A stretch of 64,000 nt of DNA from Mobula hypostoma (taxonomy: Eukaryota): positions 38,318,001 through 38,382,000 of the forward strand of contig NC_086097.1 of assembly GCF_963921235.1 (NCBI RefSeq). The letters run 5' to 3'. Numbering within the stretch: the stretch's first letter is position 1; each line of letters starts with the position of its first letter. The notes beneath the pieces were generated by a model. The model was not told where the DNA came from. It saw nothing but the letters and a program-made list of their open reading frames with translations, and did no database searches. The position numbers and the translations under genes are program-made. Shown piece after piece: positions 43,601 to 58,782 of this stretch.

Positions 43601-44385
43601 CCTGAAGCCCTGCACCCTGCACCAGCTTCTCAGCCACACATTTATCTGCCAAATCATCTTGCTTCTACCCTCACTGGCACATGGCACAGGCAGCGATCCA
43701 GAAATTACTACCCAAACGGTCCTGCTTCTCAGCTTTCTAGCTAGCTCTCTAGATTCTATTTTCAGGACCTCATAGCTTTTCCTTCCTATGTCATTGGTAC
43801 CAATATGTCCCAAGACATCTGGCTGCTCCCCCTCCCTCTCCAAAATGTTGTGGACGTGATCTGAGGCATCCCTGACCCTGGCAGCTGGGAGGCAACATAC
43901 CATCCGGGTGTCTCGTTCACATCCACAGAATCTCCTGTCTGTTTCCCTCACTGTCAAGTCCCTTATCACTACCACTCCCTTCTTCTCTCTGTTTCCGTTC
44001 TACACCACGGACCCATGGTCAGTGCCTGTAACCCAGTCACTGTGGCATTCTCCCGGGATGTCATCCCCCACAAAAGTATCCAAAGCAGTCTACTTGTTTT
44101 TGAGGGGAATGGCCACAGGGCTGCTCTGCTCTAACTGCCTATTTCCATTTCCCCTGATGGTCACCCAGCCACTTGCCTCTTGCAACTTCGGGGTGACTAT
44201 TTTTCTGTAACTTTGATCAATTATATCCTCGCTGTCCCGTACAAGCCAAAGGTCATCCAGTTGCTGCTCCAGATCCCTAACACAGTCTTCAAGGAGCTGC
44301 AGCCAGACGCATTTCACGCAGGTGTAGTTCCCTGGGAGACTCTGTTTCTCCCAGTTCTCCAACATCCAGCACAGGGTCATCGGAC
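40699..44385 (-). mobile_element. CR1 LINE (ORF1 esterase, endonuclease, 3' end; centre deleted) with a second CR1 nested at about 41981-43297
   Basis: ORF1 HIGTND...DGLHLN; endonuclease ITESWL, YRPPN; nested RT VTSGVPQGLVLGP/KFADDTK splits the host sequence gtatttg|ctatcc. Confidence 0.9.
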
Positions 44386-44469
44386 GTTGCAGGGATTTAT
44401 GGCATCCCTGAAGAGCATGGCTGCAGGTATTCCTTAGGATAATGTCCTTAACCCAAAAAAATTATGCAG

Positions 44470-45020
44470 TTATATATCATGGAAACAGGATCTTCAACCC
44501 AATTCGTCCATGTTGACATTTGCCTGCATGTGGCCCGTATCCCTCAAAACCTTTCCTATCTATGAACCTGTCCAAGTGGCTTTTAAATATTATAATTAAC
44601 CTTCTCTGGCAACTCATTAAACTCAAAGAGCTAACATCTTCTGTATGGAAAGCTTCAGGTCTCCTTCATATGTTTCCAATGTCACATGAAACCCTTTGAT
44701 TTTACACTCTCCTGTCCTGGGAAACAGACTGTTACCATCCACCTTTGCTGTGCCCCTCATGATTTTATAAACCTCGACAAGGTCACCCCTCAGCCTCCTT
44801 CACTCAGGAGTAACGGTCCCAGTCTAGTCAATTTCTCCTTGCAAGTCAAGGCCTCCAGTCCCACCAACATCCTCATGAATCTTCTCTTTGCTCTGTTTTG
44901 CTTAATCCAATTCTCCATATAGTATGGTGACCAGAACTCCATGTGATAATCCAAATGCAGTATCCCCAGCATCTGGTTCAGTTATAACATGAAGTCCCAT
45001 CTCCCATACTCCATACCCTC
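44470..45020 (-). mobile_element. Old CR1 3' remnant
   Basis: EFWSPYY...RRFMRML.GLE..L..E motif. Confidence 0.6.
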
Positions 45021-46407
45021 TCCAGTCATTCAGCAGAATAAAGGCATCCATCACTAACTAATTATTTGGAAAGATTGCAGGCTAGTGTTGGAAACTGTTT
45101 TAATTTAACCAGGGAATTTACTCATTCCTTTTGTATTGTGAAAGGAATAGGCAAGAGGTTTCTACAGTAGTAAAGGATAGAATAAAAATTACATTTGGGT
45201 AATGAGCCACATGGTAAGTGTTATTGAATTAATATTAGAAAAATAGGGAAATGGATACTGAAATGAAATGGATATTGAGACTGCCAAAGAGATTAAAGAA
45301 GTAGAAAGAAATCCAAAAGTAAAGCTGTTTTTTAACTAGCAGTTCTGAAGTAAAGGGGTTATGTCAAGTGGAAATAAAGGGGGGTATATTTTACTAAATT
45401 TGAGTCACCCGAGTACTTTACATTTTCCTGCAGGAAAAGGTAAATGTAGAGCAAAATGATTGTCCATCAGCAGTGAAAATGCACTAGTTCTGGAAACTAG
45501 TGTTCAAAAAACACTGGACTGGTCATGGAGGGGAAAGTGGAAAAACACACCCAGTCTGAAAGAGTGCACACTCTAACATGAGAGAGAAGGGAGGAAGAGG
45601 GAGATATTGAATGCACTAACCATAATTTCCTAAGGATAAAGAATGGCTAATTCTGCATTAATGTTATTTTTTTTAATATCTGGAAGGATATGACCACTGC
45701 TTATTTCTTCTGGAGTTTAAAAAAAAGTATTCTTAAAGGTATAAGTCAAAAAGGTAAATAGCAAACAGACTTCAACATCACTTGGTGGAGTTTTCAGTAA
45801 CTACCACTAAGAGTGGCTTTGTACAGATGACCAGGTCAACCACAGCTAGACTTAACTTCCAGACTGTGGTAGCATCAAGTGCAGTTTGGAACCAGATTTA
45901 TTACTGCTGACACTGTCGTGGAATTTGTTGTTTTGGGGCAGTAGTGCAGTCAGTGCGAGACGTAAAGATTACTATTTTACAAAATAAATAAATAGAGCAA
46001 AAATGAGTTATTGTTCATTGCTTCATGGACCATTCAGAAATCTGATGGCAGAGGGGAAGAAACTTTTTAAAATGCAGTGTCAGTCTTCAGGCTCCTTGAT
46101 GGTGGTAACACAAAGAGGGCATGTCCTGGGATGGTGGGAGACTTTAATTATGACTTTAACGAAGATAATAATACCGAAGATATAGAGTGCTGAATGTAAT
46201 TTTAGTTTGGTATTTCAAAGAACCTAAGGTGTAAAAATCACTTATTAAGTTGCTGAAGGAACTAATTTTGTTTATTACTATAATCAATATTGTGAAATTA
46301 TATTAATGAAATCATATTTATTTGTTGGCCCTTAACTTCATGGTTGGTTGTTTTTTCATGCATCCTTTGAAAATCAGCATGATCAATAAACTTTAACATT
46401 TGTTTGA

Positions 46408-46608
<201 letters not shown>

Positions 46609-47784
46609 TAGCCATCCACTGAATGAAGCACTTGATTTGAATCTTTAGAAAGTCCACCGTACAGTCCTGTTGAAAGTATAAGTAAAACACAAGATTTAGA
46701 GGAGAAATATTTTATAGACATGACATAAATCCAAACTTGTTGAAAGTGCACGGTGTTTCCAAGAAGGTTCTTGTTCTGAGTCATAGGCATCCATTGGAGA
46801 TAACCAAAATGTTGGCTTCTCTCTCATTTTTTCATAGCTCTTGCAAGCTAATAGGGATGGGCAGTAAACACACATGTAGCCAGCAGCACCCACAAACTAT
46901 CTGTGAATATAAATACAATTCCTACGTAAGCCATGTTGTTATTTGTCACTTGTAATCTGAGGTTTTTGGCAACTGAATTTTGCTGTCTTTATTTATAAAA
47001 GGTTTATGATGTACCCACCGTTCACTAGAAAATAATACAGAATATACTGGAAATACTCAGCTTGCCAGGCTGCATCTGTGGAAAAAGAATTGCTTAAGAA
47101 TTCTTCCATCTTTTGTTTGGTTACCCCTTGTGACGTTACATTTGTGCTCTAGACAGGTTCCTGTCTGTCTTTGAAACTTCTTTGGATGATGGAAACATTG
47201 TAAGGGCACATGAGAGTCAGGAACTCTCAGTGTACAGAAAGACTGATGCTTTCTTTGCATGGCATGTCGAAAGAGCAGTTCCAAACACTGATACTGAATT
47301 TCACCCAGCTTATGTTTGCAGTGTTGTTTTTTTTTGTACATGAGAAATCTAGTGAAACTAACTGCAAATTTGGAAGACTGCTGCAAATCATTGAGAAGGC
47401 TAAATTTACCACACTGATGTGGAGCCTTCTGTAAGTTTTGCCCGTGACAGTTTCAAGCAAAATTACAAATTCACCATAATAAAACTAATTGTAATCTTGA
47501 GATGGAAATAAAAGAATAAATTTAGAGATGAGTACTTGTACCTTTTGCAAAATCCCTGGCCAGCAGAGCAACAAAGTAATGTAAGTAATTGAAAGCAACA
47601 GTGGCTTTCCGCAGTGAGAAATGAATGCAATCTGTGAAGTAACACATTTGGGGGTGGGGGGGCTTAATCTTTGAATGCAGAGTTTATGATATTATGTTGC
47701 TTCTTTAGCCTTGTGATTTTTTTTTGCTTTAGTAAACTTTACGATATTATAGACATGAAAGAGGCAGACTGCAAACAAATCTGA

Positions 47785-48264
<480 letters not shown>

Positions 48265-48985
48265 TGATGTATTCATTTACTTCAAAAGCATTAGAAATGC
48301 TACTGTCAGTATTTAAGAAGGTTCATTGTTTTTAAGAAGTAGTACAGATGAAGGGGGTAGTGTTTGGTTTACTGGTGAACAAAATATTGCATCATTTTCT
48401 TTATTCAGTTTGTTCATTTACTGGCAAGAGGCCATATATATAATCTGGTTATAGGATTAGAAGAGCACAGCACAGTGAACTGTTCAAGCACTCACTACCT
48501 CCGCCATCCAGTAAGATCATGCTTGATCCCCTTCCACTTTCTTGCACTAATCCCATTTCCCTTGAAACCTCATGCATGCCACATTTTTGTATTTAATCAT
48601 CTGCAAGTTAGATTGTACCTCCCAAGCCTATTATCTAGAACAAGGGCTGTAGATGCATTCAAGGTGACACCCCACGTTGAATCATGAAGGTACCAGCATC
48701 TTTTCGTAAGGTCAGAATCCTGGAATTCCCACCCAGCAAATATTAGTGGTTCAAAAAAATCAATGTAATACCACCTTCACAGGGGAAAACAGGAATGGAC
48801 CACCCTTGCAAATAATCTCCTGCGTATTTACAAATCACTTCTTTTTTAAAAAATGTATATGAAATGTAATAATGCACAGAATAAAGTTCCTTGTAATGCT
48901 TTATGTAAAACTTCAAAGAAGAGGGTAGGAACCAGTGAGCCAATTACTGGTTTCTGCCAAACATCTTGTAATTTGCAAAATTTAA

Positions 48986-49213
<228 letters not shown>

Positions 49214-50349
49214 TAAATGGGTATGATTTTTGCAGAAGATTTTGCTTAGATGTTCATAATCGACCTGTGCATCATTCTGTTGAAACAATATGTGATTTTG
49301 GTTATGGTTCCTGTGAAATGATAGGCCAAGAGCTGCTCTGAGGAAATTATGACCCTTTATTCTTAATAATTGCTAAATATAACTGAGAACACGAAGGCAG
49401 TAGGGCAAACTTTGTAGCTGAAACAAAACTTGGCAGTAATGTGACCCATGGAGTGAATAGTGATATATTGTAGCAGAATGTAAATAGGCTTATGAAATAG
49501 GTAAATGCATGACCAGTGCTTGGAAAAATGGTGAGGTGAATAAGGGGATGTAATGTAAAATAAAGAATATTATTCTAAAAATGGGTGCAGGAGCAGAGAG
49601 ACCTAGTGGTATACATGCATAAATCATAAAACGATAGGGAAGGTTGAGAAAGCACTTGGTTCTGGGCTTAATTAACAGTGGTACTGTGTAAAACCAGGAA
49701 ATTATGCTGAAGCAAAAATCAATCTGTTGGATAAACAGTGATTCAAGCAGCATCTGTGAACACAAAGGGGATGTCAACATTTCAGGTAGGGACATAGTAT
49801 GAGGCCTGAAAGTGTGGAAGGAAGAGGTGAGAGTGAGAGGAAGACGGGGCTGATGAAGGTGGAATCGGATGAAGTGAGGTAGGGGATTACAATCAGAATC
49901 AGGTTTATTATCACTGACTCGTGAGATGTTGTGGTTTGTGGCAGCAGCACAGTGCAATATACAAAATATTACTACAAGTTAAAATAAGAAGTACAAGAAA
50001 ATAAATAAACAGTGTGAAAAGAAAGCAGCGTAATGAGGTAGTGTTCATGGACCGTTCAGAAATACGTGGGAGTGGAGGATAATGGGCCGATGGGGATGGG
50101 AAAGGAGATGGACAGTTTTGAGAGAGAGACTGGTGGGTGATGGTGGAAACAAATAAGGGAGGTATAATGGGCATATGGATCCAAGGAGGCAAAGGGATCA
50201 GGAAAGAAGGCCAAGGGAAAAAATGCCTGTGTGGAAAGGTGTATGGGTGACAGATGGAACCAGCTGAGGGTGGGGATTTGGGGGTTTAGAACATTTTTGT
50301 AAGGGTTGTAAGGAAACTCTCTTCCTTAAAATATGGCCATATGGTTATA

Positions 50350-50780
50350 AGATATAGAAGTCAAATTAGGCCATTTGACCCATTAAGTCTGCTCTACCAT
50401 TCAGTTGTAGCTAATGTTTTTTCAACCCCATTCTCCCACCTTCTCCCCAATTGGTAACTCACTTACCAATCAAAGGACCTTTCAATATCTGTTTTAAAGA
50501 CACTCAGTGATCTGGCCTTCATAGCGGTCTGTGGCAATGCGTTCCACAGATTCGCCACCCTCTGGCTAAAGAAATTCTTTCTCAAGTCAGTTTTAAAGGA
50601 ATGTTCCTTTATTCTGAGACTGTTCCCTCAGATCCTGGACTGTCCTACTAATCGAAATATTCTCTCCAGATCCATTTTATCCAGGTCTTTCAGTAAGTTT
50701 CAAAGAGGTCCCCCGCTTATCCGTCTGAACTCCAAGTTAACAGGCCCCAAGTCATCAACAGCTCCCTATAATTTAGGCCT
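50350..50780 (-). mobile_element. CR1 3' end fragment
   Basis: Similar to 40700-41150 (aaattaggccatt..., ttcgccaccctctggctaaagaaatt). Confidence 0.7.
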
Positions 50781-50914
50781 TTCAAGTTCAAGGGCAAGGT
50801 CAAATTTAATTGTCATTCAGCCATGCACATGAGTGCTGCCAGATGAAACAGCATTTTTCTGGGGCCAAGGTACAAAACATAGAACCGAACATTAACACAC
50901 GACACATATAGCAC

Positions 50915-53900
50915 GGGGTGGATGACCTAACAGAGGACAGTCACAGTGGTTAGGTCTCTAGCACTGAGTCTGTCTCTGTGACTCAGAACGGAAAGAGGGA
51001 GAAAAGGCATGCTGTGGTGATAGGGGATTTGTTACTAAGGGTAACAAACAGCAGGTTCTGTGGGCAAGAATATGATTCCCAGATGGTATGTTTCCTCCTA
51101 GTGCCAAGGTCTGGGATTTCTCCAGTGGGAGAAAATAAGTGGGAGGGTGAACAGCCAGAAGTTGTGGTCCATGTAGGTATCAATAACATGGGTAGGACAA
51201 GTGTCGATGCTCTGCATAGGGAGTTCAGGGAGTTAGGTATGAAGTAAAAGGGCAGGACCTCCAGGGTTGTGATCTCAGGATTGCTACCTGTGTCATGTGC
51301 CAGTGAGGCCAAAACTAGAAAGGTTTAATACATGGCTAAGACGTTGGTGTAGGAGGGAGCGCATAAGAGTTTTGGATCATTGGGCTTTCTTCTAGAGAAA
51401 GTGGGACCTATACAGAAGGGACAGTTTGCACCTGAACTGGAGGGGGACTAATACCCTAGCAGGAAGGTTTGTTAATGCTGCACGATGGGGTTTAAACTAG
51501 AGTTCAAGGGGATGGGAACCAGAGTGCCAGAACAGTTAGTGAAGATGTTGTGGAGGCAAATGTTGGTAAGACCTCAGACAAAGTTATGAATCAAAAAGTT
51601 GAGCAAGGCACAACTAGTGTCCTGGGCTGTCTGTATTTCAATGCAAGAAGTGTCATAGGAAAGGCAGATAACAGTGCTGAAGATGACGTCGCTGGTTTGT
51701 AAACAGAGGCAGTGTGTAGTGAGGAGAGGTTGTTGATAGGGCAATATTGCAGTCAACAGGATGAGTTGCAATGTAAAAGGCGAACAAAATGAAAAGGGTG
51801 AATACAGGACTGAAGGTGCATAGTATACGGAATAAGGTAGAAGAACTTGCAGCATAGTTGCAGATTGGCAGGTATGATGTTGTAGGTATCAGTGAATCAT
51901 GGCTGAAAGATTATAACTGGGAACTTAATGCCCAGGGATGCACATTGTATCAAAGGGGCATGTAGGAATGTAGATGGGGTGGTGTTGGTCTGTTGGTTAA
52001 AAAAAAAATGAAATCAAGTCATAAGAAGGAAGTGACATAGGGTTGGAAGGTGTTGAATCATTGTAGAAAGAGCTAAGGATGTGGTCTACAAATTACAACG
52101 GGAGATAGAAAATGCATGCCAATAGTCATGGGGGACTTCAATATGCAGGTAGATTAGGAAAATCAGGTTGGTACTAGATTCCAGGAGGAGGGTTTTCTGG
52201 AGTGCCTACTAGATGGCTTTTTAGAGCAGCTCGTGGTTGGATCCACTAGAGGATCAGCTATTCTGGATTGGGTGTTGTGCGATGAACCAGAATTGATTAG
52301 AGAGCTTAAGGTAAAAGTACCCTTAGGGGAAGTTATCATAATATGATTGAATTTACCCTTAACTTCGAGAAACAGAAGCCGAAGTCAGATGTATCAGTAC
52401 TACAGTGGAGTAAAGGGAATTACAGAGTCATGAGAGAGGAGTTGGCCAGAATTTATTGGAAAGGAACACTGGCAGGGATGACAGCAGAGCAGAAATTACT
52501 GGAATTTCTGGAAACAATTCAAAAGTCTCAGGATATAAAGAGGAAGAAATATTCTAAAGGAAAGATGACACAACTGTGGCTCACAAGAGAATTCAAAGCC
52601 AACATAAAAGCCAAAAAGAGACCACATACTAGAGCAAAAATGAGTGAGAAGTTTAGAGGATTGGGAAGCTTTTAAAAACCAACAGAAGGCAACTAAAAAC
52701 GCCATTAAGAAGGTAAAGATGGAATACAAAAGTAAGCTAGCCAATAATATTAAAGAGGATACCAAAAGTTTATTCAGATACATAAAGTGTAAAAGAGAGA
52801 TGAGAGTGAATATCGGACCGCTGGAAAACGATGCTGGTGAGGTTGTAATGGGGGACAATGAAATGGCAGATGAACTGAATAAGTATTTTGCATCAGTCTT
52901 CACAGTGGAAGACACTAGCAGTATAGTGAAAGCTCCAGGCGTCAGGGCATGAAATGTGTGAAGTTACCATAACTAGAGAGAAGGTTCCTGGGAAACCGAA
53001 AGATCTGAAGGTAGATAAATCACTTGGACCAGATGGTGTACACTCTAGAGTTCTAAAAGAGGTGGCTGAAGAGATTATAGAGGCATTAGTAATGTCTTTC
53101 AAGAATTACTAGATTCTGGAATGGTTCCGGAAGACTGGGAATTGAGAAGAAACTATAGCCCAGTTTAGTTTGCCTCAGTGGGTGGGAAAGATGTTGGAGT
53201 CGATTATTAAGAATGAGTTCTTAGGGTACTTGGAGGCACATGATAAAATAGGCTGTAGTCAGCATGGTTTCCTGAAGGGAAAATCTTGCCTGACAAATTT
53301 GTTGGAATTCTTTGAAGAAATAACAAGCAGGATGGACAAAGGGGAAACAGTTGAAGTTGTGAACTTGAATTTTCAGAAGGCCTTTGACAAGATGCGACAC
53401 ATGAGGCTATTTAACAAGCTATGAGCCCATGGTATTATAGGAAAGATTCTAGCACAGATAAAGCAGTGGTGGATTAGCAGGAGACAAAGAGTGGGGAAAA
53501 GAGAGCCTTTTGTGACTAGCTGCCGGTTACTAGTAGTGTTCCACAGAAGTCTGTGTTGGGACTGATTCTTTTGACGATATATGTCAATGATTTGGATGGT
53601 GGAATTGATGGCTTTGCTGCAAAGCTTGCAGACGATACAAAGATAGGTGGAGGGGCAGATAGTTTTGAGGAAGTAGGCTACAGAAGGTCTTAGACAGATT
53701 AGGAGAATGAGCAAAGAAATGACAGATGGAATACAGTGTCGGGAAGTATATGGTCATGCACTTTGGTGAAGAAATAAAAGGTTGAGTATTTTCTGAATAG
53801 AGAGAAAATACAAAAAAAAACAGGTGCAAATGAACTTGAGAGTCCTTGTGCAGGATTTCCTAAAGGTTAATTTGCAGGTTGAGTCTGTGGTGAGGAAGGC

Positions 53901-54690
53901 AAATGCAATGTTAGCATTGATTTCAAGAGGACTAGAATATAAAAGCAAGGATGTAATGTTGAAACTTTATAATGCACTGGTGAGACCTCACTGGAGTAGG
54001 TAAGCAGTTTTGGGCCCCTTATCTTAGAAAGAATGTGCTGAAAATGGAGAGAGTTCAAAGGAGATTCACGAAAATGATTCCAGGATTGAATAGCTTGTCT
54101 TATAAAGAGTGTTTGATTGCTCTGGGCCTGTGTTCACTGGAATTCAGAAGAATAAGGGGTGACCTCATTGAAACCTATCGAATTGTGAAAGGCCTCGATA
54201 GAGTGGAAGTGGAGAGGATGTTTCCTATGGTGGAGAGTCTAAGACCAGAGGACGCAGCATCAGAATAGAGGCAAACAGCAGGAATTCTGCAGATGCTGGA
54301 AATTCAAGCAACACACATAAAAGTTGCTGGTGAATGCAGCAGGCCAGGCAGCAGCTCTAGGAAGAGGTGCAGTTGACGTTTCAGGCCGAGACAAAGGGTC
54401 TATCAGAATAGAGGGGCGACCTTGTAGAATGGAGATGAGGAGGAATTTCTTTTGGGAGAGGATGGTGAATCTGTAGAATTCTTTGCTACAGGCAGCTGTA
54501 GAGGCCAAGTCTTTATGTATATTTAAGGTGGAAGTTGATAGATTCTTGATTGGTCAGGGAATGAAGGGATACAGGGAGAAGGCAGGAGGTTAGGGCTGAG
54601 AGGAAAATTGGATCAGCCATGATGAAATGGCAGAACGGACTAAATGGGCCAATTGGCCTAATTCTCCTCCTATATGCCATAGTCTTGTAT
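50915..54690 (+). mobile_element. Near-full-length decayed CR1 LINE (ORF1 esterase, endonuclease, RT, 3' UTR)
   Basis: VVIGD..VVVHVGINN, KLANNIKEDTKS, QHGFLKGKSCLTNLLEFFE, RRIRGDLIETY; many stops and frameshifts. Confidence 0.92.
54272..54401 (-). repeat. Penelope-derived terminus inserted in CR1, 13-bp TSD
   Basis: atcagaatagagg at 54259-54271 and 54402-54414. Confidence 0.9.
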
Positions 54691-55384
54691 AATTATTATA
54701 GCAGAAAACATACAGGTGCTAAAAAAAATTAAATAATAATAATATAGCCCAAGTCCCTACGTGTCATGGCCTGCAGATTGATGGTACATGGATGTTGTCC
54801 TAGAGTCATGTTTCTGCAGGAACAGCCTGCAACAGTTCCTCATTTGGACAATGCAGCTGCAAACAAACACAATCCAGCTCGTCTCCCACCAAGCAAACAC
54901 TAGAGGGCAGCCCCAATGTGAGGGGCCAGTCGAGCAAACACTGGAGGGCAGCCCCATTGGGAGGGGCCAGTCTCCAAACCAGTAGTGGCACATAGCCAGT
55001 TCTGCTGTCTCCTGCCTCAGTGGCCGCAGCAGTCTTCCTCAGAGCATGAATGAGGAACTAGTCCACACCACACTGAGGCCACACAGCTCCCCTGCTTTCG
55101 GTCTCGCCAATGAACAATTGAATTGGACACATAGTATTCTACATTACCAACGTCCAACAGGTTTTTGCAATCACAAACACTTCCGAGACATTCACCTGCC
55201 TGAATGTGCTGCCGCTGACACCTACTTCCCTGGGTGGCTGAAGCAGGCTGTAATACAGCTTGAAATAAATCCAACTCGACCACTATCCAGCAACTCACTG
55301 GAGACATGCAGTATTCAGTGTTCTTGATAACCAGCAGTGCCTTGCAACATGAAAAAGGACAATCACATTTGTGGTATTCTTCAT

Positions 55385-56660
55385 GTGAACCTCCTTTGGA
55401 CCCAGTCGAGAGCCCGCACAACTTTCCTTAGATATTGTGCACAAAGGGGCTCACGATTGTCCAAATGTAGTCTGAACAATGCCTTATAAAACCTCAGCAG
55501 TATATCCTTACTTTTATGTTCTAGATCAATCAAAACAAAATGCAAACATTGCATTTGCTTTCCTGCAATCAATCTGCAAGTTAACCTTGAGGAAATCTGG
55601 AATTCAGACTCATAAATGCCTTTGCACCTTTAATTTCTGAATATACTTCCTATGTAGAAAATAGTTCATACCTTTATCTTCCTACCAATATGCATAACCC
55701 CACACTCCTTGTGCTGTATTTTGTGTGGCACCTCTTTGCCCACTCTTCCAACCTGTAAGTCCTTCTGTAGACTCCCTGCCTCTGCAGAAATGCCTGTCTC
55801 TTCACCATTCTTTGATCATCTGCAAAATTGGCCACAGTGCCGTCAGTTCCTGCATCTGGATTATTTATGTGTAAAGTGGGAAGTTGTGGTTCCAAAACTG
55901 ACCCCTGGTGCACTCCACCAGTAACTGGCGGCCATACTGGAAGGATCCCTTTATCCCTTTGTTACCTTGCCTCTAAAGCTATGGGCTCTATGAAAGCCCA
56001 ATGTGCGAGATTTTGTCAAAGACCTTCTTGAAAATCCACGCTAACTAATTCACTATCTAACCTGCTTGGAACCGCAAAGAATTCTAACAGGTTTATCAGA
56101 TAACATCTCCCTTTAATGAAACTGTGTTGATGTCACCCTATTTTATCATGAGGCAACCAGAACTGAACTCATAACCCCAAGTGTGGTTTAACCAAAATTT
56201 TATAGAGTTGCAAAATTACCTCACTGCCCTTGAACTCAATTGCACAGCATAAGAATGTAAGAAGATAAGGAGCAGGAGTAGGCTATCTGCCCTGTTGAGC
56301 CTGCTGCTCCATTCAGTAAGATCATGGCTGATCTGGCCATAGACTCGTCTCCACCTACCTGCCTCTTAACCACTCTATCAACTTGCGCGACATGTTTGAA
56401 GGATCTGTGGATGAACTCCAAGGTCCCTCTACACTTCACAGAATCCTGGCATTAATCTTGTACTCTGCCTTCAAGTTTGATCTGTCAAAGGGCACACTTT
56501 GCACTTTTCCATCAGACACTTCACTACCCGGCTCTGCATCTTTTTAGTTATCCAGTTCTATATTCATTTGTAACCTACAACAACCTTCCTCACTGTCCAC
56601 CAACCTTCGTGTCGCCTGCAGATTTACTGATCCACCCTTCCTCTTCCTCATTTATAATCA
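55385..56660 (-). mobile_element. Cluster of decayed CR1 RT fragments
   Basis: QGSVLEPQL, NFADD, YKALFRLHL remnants. Confidence 0.7.
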
Positions 56661-56968
56661 TCACGAAGAGTGATTGTTTTAAATACAAAGGTGGATGGAT
56701 TTTGGATCTACAAAATAAAAGTTGAGTAGACGGGAATGCAAAGCTGAGGTCACTATCAAATCAGCTGTGGTTTTATTAAATGGTAGAGCAGCTTGAAGGG
56801 ACAAATGGTCTGTTCTAGCTCCTTGTTCACATGTGAAAAGACTGAATTATAAACTCGCATGTAATAGGTGGTTTCAGTTTTATAGAATGGAATTTTAATA
56901 TACTTGTAGTGATTTACTATCACCTTTAAAACCTTCAAAAAAGAGCAGAAAAGCTATATGAAAAAGTA

Positions 56969-57188
56969 AACAACAGGAATTCTGCAGATGCTGGAAATTC
57001 AAGCGACACACATCAAAGTTGCTGGTGAACACAGCAGGCCAAGCAGCATCTGTAGGAAGAGGTGCAGTCGACGTTTCAGGCCGAGACCCTGTTAGTCCTG
57101 ACGAAGGGTCTTGGCCTGAAACGTCGACTGCACCTCTTCCTACAGATGCTGCTTGGCCTGCTGCGTTCACCAGCAACTTTGATGTGTG
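56969..57188. repeat. Penelope-derived fold-back element, 84-bp arms, 13-bp TSD
   Basis: Arms 57007-57090 and 57105-57188; TSD atatgaaaaagta at 56956-56968 and 57189-57201. Confidence 0.9.
57093..57130 (+). ncRNA. Minimal type I hammerhead ribozyme motif (Penelope-type)
   Basis: TAGTC CTGACGA AGG-GTCTTGG-CCT GAA ACGT C GACTG: stem I UAGUC/GACUG, core CUGAnGA/GAAA, palindromic stem III ACGU, predicted cut after GUC (57125). Activity untested. Confidence 0.7.
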
Positions 57189-57201
57189 ATATGAAAAAGT
57201 A

Positions 57202-57625
57202 GTGAGGTAGCGTTTATTGGTTCAATCTCCATTCAGAAATCAGATGGCAGTGGGGAAGAAGTTATGTCTGAATCATTGAGTGTGTGCCTTCAGGCTCTGG
57301 TACCTCCCTTCTGATGGTAGCAATGAGAATAGGGCGTGTCCTGGGTGATGGGGGTACTTAATGATGGACACTGCCTTTTGAGACATCACTCCTTGAAGAT
57401 GTCCTAAATACTGTAGAGGCTACAGAATACTACAGAGCCCCCATCATGGAGCTGACTAAGTTTACAACTCTCTGCAGTTTTCTTCAATCCTGTGCAGTAG
57501 CCCCCACCCCCATACCAAATGGTGTTGCAGCCAGTTAGAATGCTGTCCACGGTACATCTGTACAAATTTTGATATGTTTTTGGTTCTTCTCAAACTCCTA
57601 ATGAAATATACCTTCTGTCGTGCCT
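57202..57625 (-). mobile_element. Rex1-like 3' fragment
   Basis: Reverse-complement similarity to 24840-25230. Confidence 0.7.
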
Positions 57626-58209
57626 AAGACTGAAGAGATTGAAGGGAAATACTGTAAGTGTGATGAGAAATATCTGTTTAAAGGGTGATCACCCAAAAGG
57701 TTGTCTCTTTTTGCATTGTAACCTCAGTGAATGACTGTGGGAATGGGGAACATTGTTGAACTTAATCATGGTGGGGTTGTAAATGTACAACAATGGTGCC
57801 TTATGTGAGAGAATCAATTCAGTGTGCAGAGGGAGACAGGCTCAGTGGAGGAGGTAAGGAGACAGGAATTGCAGCTCATTGAGGAAGACCAGAAGCAAAC
57901 ATACACCTCATGCAGTCACGATCTCTAGGTTTCCAGTTAATTTCCATTTCACTTATGTCCCGAGTTCCAAACTCGTGTATATGTAGAATTCAATGCTGAC
58001 AAATAATTGATGATTATAGTTAATGAACTAAACAATCAAATATTGAAACAAAAAAACAGAAATGATGGAAGACTTCAGTCAATCAAGCAGCGCTGGTTTC
58101 TCTTTCCACAGATGCTGTGCACTGGCTGAGTTCTTCCAGCATTTGTGTTTCTACTTTAAATTCTAGCATCTGCAATTTATGTATTTTGCAATTGAATGCT
58201 GAAAATTAG

Positions 58210-58500
<291 letters not shown>

Positions 58501-58560
58501 TAGTTTTTTTTTACATTAATAGAACAGTAGTAATATAAATATATAGGGTTTGTTATATGA

Positions 58561-58782
<222 letters not shown>

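Noticed and set aside
47057..47645. Short ORFs and a TCT|gtaagt donor in intron M-N as an extra exon
   Set aside because: No good matching acceptor, no recognisable protein, and exons M and N already join in frame.
54760..55380. Short direct repeat (gagggcagcccca..tg.gaggggccagtc, twice) in an unassigned segment
   Set aside because: Only two units; probably part of a decayed LINE fragment (ITNT-like endonuclease remnant). I could not classify it.
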